The translations under genes were made by a program, and so were the position numbers. A DNA stretch of 64,000 nucleotides. It comes from Candidatus Altiarchaeota archaeon (GTDB lineage: Archaea; Altiarchaeota; Altiarchaeia; IMC4; SCGC-AAA252-I15). This document shows positions 46,944 to 54,684 of the stretch, in pieces. The DNA lies in assembly GCA_043800705.1 (NCBI GenBank), contig JAZDMS010000010.1, positions 147,327-211,326 on the forward strand, read 5' to 3'. The notes under the pieces were generated by a model that was not told the origin of the DNA, searched no databases, and worked only from the letters and a program-made list of their open reading frames with translations. Position 1 is the first letter of the stretch. Every line of letters begins with the position of its first letter.

Positions 46944-49064
46944 TTACTCCACTTTTGTAAGCTCTATGGTCATATCCTCGACTGTCCCCTCCTTTAGCCT
47001 GTCAAGGAGCCTGGACACCATCTCTAGATGGAAGCCCCTGACCCTGTTGGCGAGGCTCGCGATAGCCGATATCTGTATAAGCCTCACATCTTTGTCGTCT
47101 TCGGCGCCCTCCAATATCCTTTCCATCACCTCAACTGTCGAGGCTGCCAGGTCGTATCTCCCCCTCTTCCCCTCAAGGTTGTTAAATAACCTAGTCACAT
47201 CCGAAGCCAAAGACCTATCCGCCTCTCGGAGCAAACTGACAATCCGAAGTTTAGACTCATTGATTGGCTCATACTCCTTAGGCATCTTTTTGCATGATTC
47301 CCTGAAGTCCCCCAAGCTTCCACTTCGCGCCTCCCTTATAGCCTTCATACCGAAAAATGAAGTGTAAGACTCGAAATCCTTTTGTGGTGTTCCCCCATCG
47401 ATGTAGCGAAGCAACCTGTCCACGTCCACGTCCGCCTCCCTCAAGTCATCAACCCAGGTCCCTCCAGATGCGAGGAACCTTGCGTCATCCAGCAAGTGAT
47501 TCATGATCTCTTCGCCTAAGATAGTGGTTTTCTTATATTTTTTCAAATCCACGGAGCGGACAAGTCGTCCATTGCCGTAGTATTCGGACTCTCTTAACAT
47601 ATTTACCAATACCGCAGCCTTTGTGCAGATTGGGTTTAGTGTCTTCGTGGTCTCACCGTCTGCCCTGCCGTCTTTCTTCTTACCAGATACCTCTTCAGCG
47701 TCTTCCCGGATTAAGGCTTCTTGGACGACCCCTCCACGGTCTGCATCATCCCCCCCGGTTTTTTGGGAGAAAATCGCTGCCATGGCCCATGCAGCATATG
47801 ATCCTGTATAAAACTTCCTCTCTTTGCCACCTGTTGCGATGAGATCATTCGGCAGAAGCACTCCCCTTAAATTGTAAACGGTTTCTTTTCCACTTTTCTT
47901 AACATCGACATCTATAACTTTTATATCCACTCTTTCATAGTGGGATTCGAGGCCTTTTTCGTATTCTTTAAGGACTGTCTCCATCATGCTCTTGGGTATG
48001 TATCTCTTTTCTCCAAGGACGATGATCCTGCCATGGTCCGCTTCCGTCTTGGGATTTGCCTCTTGTCCACTCACAGCGCCCTGTTTTTCAATCAATGCTG
48101 AGATGACCTCCACTAAGCATTCTCTCAAAAGGTGCTTGGATGTGCATATTTCCTCCTGGGATGAGTATTCGTCCCTTTTTTTGAGGAAATATATGTAGCC
48201 TGAGTCCTTCCCTAAGATTGACGCCGGGATCAGTAGATTTCTTTTATACACGACACCCTTTATTAAACCCTCATTGTAATGCTTACCGATGCCAGACGAT
48301 TTGATTATAATGCCCATATCGTTTAGAAGCCTCTCGGCCGTGTGGAGGGTATAATATACCTCCCCAGCCTCATCAGGGCTAAGTATCAAACCCTCTAATT
48401 CCCAATTCGGCTCCTTGGGGGTTTCTGGGTAAGTATCCTTATCGACGACTCTTATCCTTACTTTTTCCTGTTTCCTTGCGGTTCCCTTTTCAACCAACGG
48501 TTCCGCGACCTCAACAGTGCCTTGGGTAACCCTAATTTTTCCGGTTACGTCAACCGTCGGTTCTGGAATATGGTCGTCATCTTTTGGCCTCGTCGGATCA
48601 TCCATGTCGTTTCTTCTAAGAAGCATTTGGATCCTGGCTGACACATCCATTTCCCTATTTTTAGCCTCATTTTCTACAGTTGAGGAGGACTTAACCCTTT
48701 TTTCTCCTTCTGGCTTCTTAACTTTGGACAAGGCCTCTTTGACACCTTGGATATGTTCTGGTGGGACACAATAGACTTTAATAGCTCCAACCATCTTTTC
48801 TTTCAGGGGATGGCCAAAAAGCTTAGGACCACCCTTCCCCCATTTAATCATCTCATATACGCTCATGTGTGAGAGGCCAGCCGCCGTTATCAACTTTCCC
48901 AGGTTCACATCCTGAGGTGGCATCGGAGTAGGGGCTACCTTTTCTAGCTGTTGTTTATCTCCCCCTGCTTTGGCCTGGGGTAGCATCGGAGTAGGGGTTA
49001 CGGTATCCAGTTGTTCATCTTTTCCTACTTTGGCCTTTCCCTTAGCTTTCAAATTCATATTCAA
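46944..49064 (-). CDS. large orphan protein, AT-richer than its neighbours
   Basis: 706-codon open frame filling the gap; K/E-rich; no recognisable motif; N-terminal duplicated QL..V.PTPM.PQ. Confidence 0.7.
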   Translation of the reverse strand: MNMNLKAKGKAKVGKDEQLDTVTPTPMLPQAKAGGDKQQLEKVAPTPMPPQDVNLGKLITAAGLSHMSVYEMIKWGKGGPKLFGHPLKEKMVGAIKVYCVPPEHIQGVKEALSKVKKPEGEKRVKSSSTVENEAKNREMDVSARIQMLLRRNDMDDPTRPKDDDHIPEPTVDVTGKIRVTQGTVEVAEPLVEKGTARKQEKVRIRVVDKDTYPETPKEPNWELEGLILSPDEAGEVYYTLHTAERLLNDMGIIIKSSGIGKHYNEGLIKGVVYKRNLLIPASILGKDSGYIYFLKKRDEYSSQEEICTSKHLLRECLVEVISALIEKQGAVSGQEANPKTEADHGRIIVLGEKRYIPKSMMETVLKEYEKGLESHYERVDIKVIDVDVKKSGKETVYNLRGVLLPNDLIATGGKERKFYTGSYAAWAMAAIFSQKTGGDDADRGGVVQEALIREDAEEVSGKKKDGRADGETTKTLNPICTKAAVLVNMLRESEYYGNGRLVRSVDLKKYKKTTILGEEIMNHLLDDARFLASGGTWVDDLREADVDVDRLLRYIDGGTPQKDFESYTSFFGMKAIREARSGSLGDFRESCKKMPKEYEPINESKLRIVSLLREADRSLASDVTRLFNNLEGKRGRYDLAASTVEVMERILEGAEDDKDVRLIQISAIASLANRVRGFHLEMVSRLLDRLKEGTVEDMTIELTKVE

Positions 49065-49178
49065 TGTTTACTATTCCCCATGGTAGATTAATATCTCTAT
49101 CGTGGGCCATTCCCCCAGGAGGGCTGGCGGGGTCTCTCCTATGGGCACTATTTATTCGTTCCTTCTGTGTTTCTCTTC

Positions 49179-49796
49179 ATGGTTCGATTCGACCAATGCC
49201 GGCCGATCCTGATCATCTTGGCTGCAGCATCTGCTTTGTCATACCTCATTGCCCCAGTGGCCTCGGTTTTGCCGTTGTTTCTCCTTGCATTTACCGTCTA
49301 TTTCTTCCGCGACCCGGACAGAACGGTCCCGGAAGGGAAGGACATACTCATATCGCCTGCCGACGGGAGGGTCCTCGACATCGAGGATGTGGATGACCCC
49401 TACGTGGGTAAGGCCAGGCGCCTTAGCATCTTCATGTCCCCCTTCGACGTACACGTCAACCGCGCCCCCATAGAATGCATCGTAAAATCGGTGACGTACA
49501 CTCCGGGAAAGAAGTTCGCGGCCTACAAGAAGGAAGGCCTTGAGACGAGGGAACGCAACCGGCTGGAGCTCATAGGGACGGTCAGGCTCGCAGTCGAGCA
49601 GTATGCGGGCCTCGTCGCCAGAAGGACCGTCTCCTGGGTGCGGGAAAGTAATGCCCTGAAGGCGGGGGAAAGGTTCGGGATGATAAGGTTCAGCTCGCGC
49701 GTCGATCTCATCGCGCCTTTAAACGTCGGATTCACTGTAACTAAAGGCCAGCGGGTCACCGCAGGCGAGACGATAACAGGTAAAATAAATGGCTAA
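49179..49796 (+). CDS. psd: phosphatidylserine/archaetidylserine decarboxylase proenzyme
   Basis: FFRDPDR, SPADG, IFMSPFDVHVNRAP, NRLE, AGLVARR, GMIRFSSRVD. Confidence 0.92.
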   Translation: MVRFDQCRPILIILAAASALSYLIAPVASVLPLFLLAFTVYFFRDPDRTVPEGKDILISPADGRVLDIEDVDDPYVGKARRLSIFMSPFDVHVNRAPIECIVKSVTYTPGKKFAAYKKEGLETRERNRLELIGTVRLAVEQYAGLVARRTVSWVRESNALKAGERFGMIRFSSRVDLIAPLNVGFTVTKGQRVTAGETITGKING

Positions 49797-50478
49797 GATG
49801 GGGAAAGTAGCGAAACACATACCGAACTCGATGACCCTCTTCAACATCATCATCGGCCTGTCAGCGATATTCTTCTCCATGGCCCACGACTACCAGAAGG
49901 CGGGCGGCCTCATCCTCATCTCCGTCATCGTCGACACCTTCGACGGGTACGTGGCGCGTATGCTGAAGTCGACGAGCAAATTCGGCGGATACATGGATAC
50001 GGTCTCGGACTTCCTGGCATTCGCGATGGCGGCGTCGATCCTCATGGTCAACGAATTCGGGGCCTACCCCGGGGTGGCGGTGCTTTTCGTCGTGGCGTCC
50101 GTCGCAAGGCTCATCTATTTTTTGCGGACCAAGAACTCCACACACTTCTACGGCGTGCCGACGACCATAGCGGGCGGCCTGCTGGCGACAATCGCCATTC
50201 TGCGTCCGCAGGTGCTTCCGGAGTGGGAGATGAGCGTCGCGATGTCCCTGATGATGTTCGTCCTTTCCATGCTGATGCTGACCCGGCAGAGATACTACCG
50301 CATCGAGATCAGGAAGAGGAAGACGCTCACGATGGTCCTTGCGGTCTACGCCTCGCTGTTCGCGATCAGCTTCAACGCCTTCATGATATCGACGATGGCG
50401 ATGTTCATCGGCTACATATGCCTCGGCTGGCTGCCGTGGCTTAGGAAAAAGGAAGTCGACAGCCTCATACCCGAATAG
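49789..50478 (+). CDS. pssA: CDP-alcohol phosphatidyltransferase (archaetidylserine/phosphatidylserine synthase)
   Basis: IPNSMTLFN, DTFDGYVAR....S.FGGYMDTVSD, ARL, FYGVPT; overlaps psd. Confidence 0.9.
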   Translation: MAKMGKVAKHIPNSMTLFNIIIGLSAIFFSMAHDYQKAGGLILISVIVDTFDGYVARMLKSTSKFGGYMDTVSDFLAFAMAASILMVNEFGAYPGVAVLFVVASVARLIYFLRTKNSTHFYGVPTTIAGGLLATIAILRPQVLPEWEMSVAMSLMMFVLSMLMLTRQRYYRIEIRKRKTLTMVLAVYASLFAISFNAFMISTMAMFIGYICLGWLPWLRKKEVDSLIPE

Positions 50479-50480
50479 GC

Positions 50481-50759
50481 TCAGGCAGCGGGAGGATGCG
50501 TCACGGACTCCTCCGCAGTTTTCTCTGCGTTCTCCTCGGGCTTCCTCTCGACGATCTGGGCAGCAACCGTCAACGCGATGATGCTCGAGGCCACCATGTA
50601 GACCCCGAGGGTCCCTATCAATGTGTACTCTGCGACCTTGTTCTCGAATGAGAGAAGATACGCCATGTATGCGACGATGACGAACCCGATAATCCACAGG
50701 TAGAATGCGACGCTCGACAGGAACCTCACCTTCGAAATCCTCCTCTGGGCGGTTTTCAT
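50481..50759 (-). CDS. small two-TM membrane protein
   Basis: Two clear hydrophobic helices; 4-nt overlap with 50756..51061. Confidence 0.65.
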   Translation of the reverse strand: MKTAQRRISKVRFLSSVAFYLWIIGFVIVAYMAYLLSFENKVAEYTLIGTLGVYMVASSIIALTVAAQIVERKPEENAEKTAEESVTHPPAA

Positions 50760-51061
50760 GTTCCGGCGGTCTCTGGGCCGAACGCCTCATGGGCCTGCCC
50801 TATCAGTCCGAAGCCTATCATCAGCCCCGCGCCTGCGAGGACCGCGGGGATTATCGCCGCGCCCACCAACGCGGTCGCCGCCGTGGCGCCGATACCGAGG
50901 CCGACCTTGACGGCGGTGCCTAGCGGGTCCTCGGCCATCCCGCCGAGGATCATGCCAGCGCCCTGCAGAAGCGACAGTCCGAGGCCCTGCCTCCCGAGAA
51001 GCAGGCTCGGCAGCTCCATCCCGTCCTGCATGGCCGGCGGTTCGACGAGCTTTTGTGGCAT
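50756..51061 (-). CDS. small Gly/Ala-rich (glycine-zipper-like) membrane protein
   Basis: GLGIGATAATALVGAAIIPAVLAGAGLMIGFGLIG; tight operon spacing. Confidence 0.6.
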   Translation of the reverse strand: MPQKLVEPPAMQDGMELPSLLLGRQGLGLSLLQGAGMILGGMAEDPLGTAVKVGLGIGATAATALVGAAIIPAVLAGAGLMIGFGLIGQAHEAFGPETAGT

Positions 51062-51062
51062 T

Positions 51063-51386
51063 TTATCCCGACCTCATCTCGTCATGGGGAAGGGCCTTCG
51101 CATATGTCTCCTTGAGCCTGTCTAGGAACTTCGTCCTCTGATCATCAGAGATCTTCATTGCTCCGGCATCCACGATGCCGATCTCCCTGCCGTTGGAGAA
51201 GACCGCCAGCTTTGACGACACGGGCGAGCCGAATATGTCCAAGAGCTCCTTGTCCTCGTCGAGCAGCTTCGCCATCCTGACGAGCATGTCCAGGCGCAAA
51301 CCGATGCCGTTTTCGCCACTGCCCTTTACCCTCTGTCGCATGTCCAGCATCTTAGACCTGGCCTCAAGAGACGAATCTCCACTCAT
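51063..51386 (-). CDS. hypothetical protein
   Basis: MSGDSSLEARSKMLDMRQ... with normal codon usage; start moved to ATG 51386 to avoid overlap with the upstream gene. Confidence 0.6.
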   Translation of the reverse strand: MSGDSSLEARSKMLDMRQRVKGSGENGIGLRLDMLVRMAKLLDEDKELLDIFGSPVSSKLAVFSNGREIGIVDAGAMKISDDQRTKFLDRLKETYAKALPHDEMRSG

Positions 51387-51417
51387 ATTATGGACTGGGC
51401 GGAGAGACAATAAATAA

Positions 51418-51711
51418 TCACGGTTTCCCTTTTTTCTGGCCTTTCTTGAACGTGTATCCGCATGTTGATACCCTCTCCAGGTCTTCGGCTGTGAGCGGGA
51501 AGTTGCGGCATATCGCTGGCCTGAACCTGTAGATCCTGCACGAGCTGCCCTTTTTGTTGTGGAATAGGCATAAGCTGCAGCATTTCCCGCACCTGACGCA
51601 TTCCCCGGCACGCCTCTCCCTGGCGTCCAGGACCTCTTTCCGCCTGAAGTACCACATGTACCTCCTGCGAAGCCAGCCGTCTCGCATAGGAATAACTATG
51701 TGCGTTTTCAT
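51418..51711 (-). CDS. YkgJ/CxxCxxCC-family zinc- or iron-chelating protein
   Basis: CVRCGKCC, CLF, CRIYRFRPAICRNFP. Confidence 0.82.
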   Translation of the reverse strand: MKTHIVIPMRDGWLRRRYMWYFRRKEVLDARERRAGECVRCGKCCSLCLFHNKKGSSCRIYRFRPAICRNFPLTAEDLERVSTCGYTFKKGQKKGKP

Positions 51712-51779
51712 TTTTATAGGCGTGCTTCCTTATACTCACTCAGCGAGTAGGATTTTGGTAAAGACATAGCACAGTAGAA

Positions 51780-51929
51780 TAATGCTCACAAGTGTTTTCT
51801 GACTGACGGTATACGCCTGAATTCTACACAAGAACTCCCGAAACGGGAATCTGAGGAGCTTTCACGACCCAGACCACATGCTAACATGTCCTGAAGGCTC
51901 TCGCATACAAAGAGAGGTAAAACCATAAA
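51780..51929 (+). promoter_or_regulatory. structured leader of the DEAD-box helicase gene
   Basis: Hairpins TCCCG-AAA-CGGGA (51836-51848), ACATG-CTAA-CATGT (51876-51889) and CTCTC-N9-GAGAG (51898-51916); the last overlaps the GAGAGGT RBS. Confidence 0.4.
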
Positions 51930-53273
51930 ATGGAAACAGAAACATACAGCTTCGGCGCCAGCGTAGACGCCGCAATATCGGAAGGCGCAGTCATGGACGT
52001 CGATGAGTCCTTTGCGCCGGAAACGATCATCGAACAGACGGAATACGACCACTCCGGGGATTCACCCCAGACGGGCGGATTCGCGGAAATGGACCTGGGC
52101 GGACAAGCCATGGCTCCTGCAGAATTCACCCATATCGGGGATTCACCACAGACCGGCGGGTTCAGGGACATGAACCTCAGCGACCACGTCCTTACGGACC
52201 TGCATTATCACGGATTGAAGGAGCCGATGCCGATCCAGCTTCAGAGCATTCCCGTCCTCATGAGCGGGAAGGACCTCATAGCCGAGGCTAAGACCGGCAC
52301 AGGGAAGACGCTCGCGTTCGCGATACCGATAATCGAGAAGACCGACGTAGCCAAAAGATACGTGCAGACCCTTGTGCTCACACCGACCCGCGAGCTCGCG
52401 GAGCAGGTGGCCGGGGAGATGATGAAGGTCGGATACCAGAAGAAGGTCAAAGTGGCGGCATTCTACGGCGGAAAAAGCATCAACAACCAGGTGAGGACGC
52501 TACACGCCGGGATCCACGTAGTTGTGGGGACCCCTGGCAGGATACTCGACCTCATCGGGCGCAGGATGCTGAGGCTGGACCAGGTCTCGACCCTCGTCCT
52601 GGACGAGGCCGACAGGATGCTGGACATGGGATTCATCGACGACGTGAGGGAGATAGTCTCGCACCTTCCGACCGACAGGCAGACCATGCTCTTCTCAGCG
52701 ACGATACCGGACCAGATACGCGGACTCACGAGCGACATCATGCTCGACCCCATCCTGATATCCATAAAATCAGACGAGCGCACAGTCGAGGAGATATCGC
52801 AGTTCTACTACGAGACCCACAAGAGCGAGAAATTCGACCTATTCGTAGACGTCCTCAGGAAGGAGGTCCCGGAGAGCGCGATAATCTTCTGCAACACCAA
52901 AAGCTGGGCGGACACCCTCGCCAAGCTCATGCAACGGCGCGGATTCAAGGCGGAAGCCCTCCACGGGGACCTCAGCCAGAACCAGCGGGACCACGTAATG
53001 GAAGGCTTCAGGAGCAGGAAGATAAAATACCTCGTCGCCACGGACGTTGCTGCACGGGGCCTCGACGTAGACGACGTCTCCCACGTGTTCAACTACGACA
53101 TACCCCGGGAGAAGGAGAACTACGTCCACCGAATCGGGCGGACGGCCAGGGCGGGAAAAAGGGGAAGGGCGATATCCTTCATCACCAAGGCCGAAATACA
53201 CGACCTCTGGGGGATCGAACACTTCGCAAGGACAAAGATACAGCCCGCGAACACGGAACCGATGCCGGAATAA
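51930..53273 (+). CDS. DEAD-box RNA helicase (CshA/DeaD-like)
   Basis: Q motif PMPIQ, AKTGTGKT, PTRELA, TPGR, DEAD, SAT, ARGLD, HRIGRTAR. Confidence 0.96.
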   Translation: METETYSFGASVDAAISEGAVMDVDESFAPETIIEQTEYDHSGDSPQTGGFAEMDLGGQAMAPAEFTHIGDSPQTGGFRDMNLSDHVLTDLHYHGLKEPMPIQLQSIPVLMSGKDLIAEAKTGTGKTLAFAIPIIEKTDVAKRYVQTLVLTPTRELAEQVAGEMMKVGYQKKVKVAAFYGGKSINNQVRTLHAGIHVVVGTPGRILDLIGRRMLRLDQVSTLVLDEADRMLDMGFIDDVREIVSHLPTDRQTMLFSATIPDQIRGLTSDIMLDPILISIKSDERTVEEISQFYYETHKSEKFDLFVDVLRKEVPESAIIFCNTKSWADTLAKLMQRRGFKAEALHGDLSQNQRDHVMEGFRSRKIKYLVATDVAARGLDVDDVSHVFNYDIPREKENYVHRIGRTARAGKRGRAISFITKAEIHDLWGIEHFARTKIQPANTEPMPE

Positions 53274-53345
53274 GTTTTCGGTTTTCAGTTTTCGGTCTTC
53301 GGTTCCGGGCCAAACGACAACGGAAAACCGAGAACCGAAAACGGT
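53274..53345. repeat. fold-back heptamer repeat
   Basis: GTTTTCG-GTTTTCA-GTTTTCG-GTCTTCG ... GGAAAAC-CGAGAAC-CGAAAAC. Confidence 0.85.
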
Positions 53346-53366
53346 ACTTTTGGCCAAACCTAAAAA

Positions 53367-54047
53367 ATGAAACTAGGCGTGCTGTTCTCGGGCGGGAAGG
53401 ACTCGACCCTCGCATTGCAGAAGGCGATGCAAAAGGAAGAGATAGCCTGCCTGATAACGGTCGCTTCCAAAAACCCCGAAAGCTACATGTTCCACACCCC
53501 CAACATAGACGTCACCCGGATGCAGGCCGAATCCATCGGCCTCCCCCTCGTGAGGGTCGAAACCTCGGGGCAGAAGGAACTAGAGCTCGTCGACCTCAGC
53601 AAGGCGATAATCGAAGCCAAAAAGGAGCACAGGATCGAAGGCGTCGTCACCGGCGCCATCGAATCCGTCTACCAGGCAGAACGCATACAGCGCATCTGCG
53701 ACAAACTAGACCTATGGTGCCACAACCCACTGTGGAAGCTTGATCAAGAGAATCTGCTGCGGCAGATTCTGGAAAATCAGTACAGGGTAATCATTTCAGG
53801 GGTCTTCGCGCACCCCCTGGACGATTCATGGCTTGGCAGGGAAATACGCGCGGACACGATAACTGAACTGGTAAAACTAAGAGAAAAATTCCAGATAAGT
53901 CCGTCGGGAGAAGGGGGAGAGATAGAGACCACAGTCTTGGACGCCCCCTTCTTCAAAAAGAGAATCGAGATAACAAAGGCCGAAAAGAAGTATGCCCTCA
54001 ACAGCGGGACATACGACATAATAGAGGCCAGGACGGTGGAGAAATGA
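53367..54047 (+). CDS. dph6: diphthine--ammonia ligase (Dph6/DUF71, PP-loop ATPase)
   Basis: LFSGGKDS, SYMFHTPN, GAIESVYQ, PLWK, GEGGEIET.VLDAPFF. Confidence 0.93.
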   Translation: MKLGVLFSGGKDSTLALQKAMQKEEIACLITVASKNPESYMFHTPNIDVTRMQAESIGLPLVRVETSGQKELELVDLSKAIIEAKKEHRIEGVVTGAIESVYQAERIQRICDKLDLWCHNPLWKLDQENLLRQILENQYRVIISGVFAHPLDDSWLGREIRADTITELVKLREKFQISPSGEGGEIETTVLDAPFFKKRIEITKAEKKYALNSGTYDIIEARTVEK

Positions 54048-54568
54048 CCCTCGTCCTGGACATGAATATGTGGAAGGACTCGCTCGGTGCCGACGAGTTC
54101 GTGAAGCCGATACTGTCGGTCATCGGCGTCTGCGAGGTTAGGCACTACCTGGAGGAGTTCGATACCGCACCCTACGACCGGGTGATACTGTCCGGCACGC
54201 CACTCAAGGACGACGAATACCTCAACCACCCCGACGCGTTCAAGTGGCTGAAGAAATACGACAAACCCGTCCTGGGGATATGTGCGGGGATGCAGGCCAT
54301 GGCCGCAGCGTACGGTGCCAAGGTGGAGAAGTGCCAGGAGATAGGGATGGCCGAGATAAGGACTCTTGTAGACAATCCCCTATTCAGCGGAACCTTCAAA
54401 GCATACGAGCTGCACAATTATGCTGTAAAATCGACAAAAAAGTTCATTACCTTGGCGGAGTCGAACAAGTGCACGCAGGCGATAAAACACCCGAAAAAAC
54501 CGCAATACGGGATTTTATTCCATCCTGAAGCACGTAACATTGATGTCATGGAAGCATTTATCCGATAA
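54044..54568 (+). CDS. class I glutamine amidotransferase (stand-alone)
   Basis: VILSGT, PVLGICAGMQ (nucleophile Cys), YGILFHPE (His-Glu); ATGA overlap with dph6. Confidence 0.9.
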   Translation: MTLVLDMNMWKDSLGADEFVKPILSVIGVCEVRHYLEEFDTAPYDRVILSGTPLKDDEYLNHPDAFKWLKKYDKPVLGICAGMQAMAAAYGAKVEKCQEIGMAEIRTLVDNPLFSGTFKAYELHNYAVKSTKKFITLAESNKCTQAIKHPKKPQYGILFHPEARNIDVMEAFIR

Positions 54569-54684
54569 TGTATTGAACAATGTTTATACGATTTTTTATT
54601 TTCTAGTTGTTGCCCCCTTATAGCCCGTCTACTGCCCTATTTGCCCACTATTTAAGGGAGTAAATCCGAGTATTAATAACCAAT

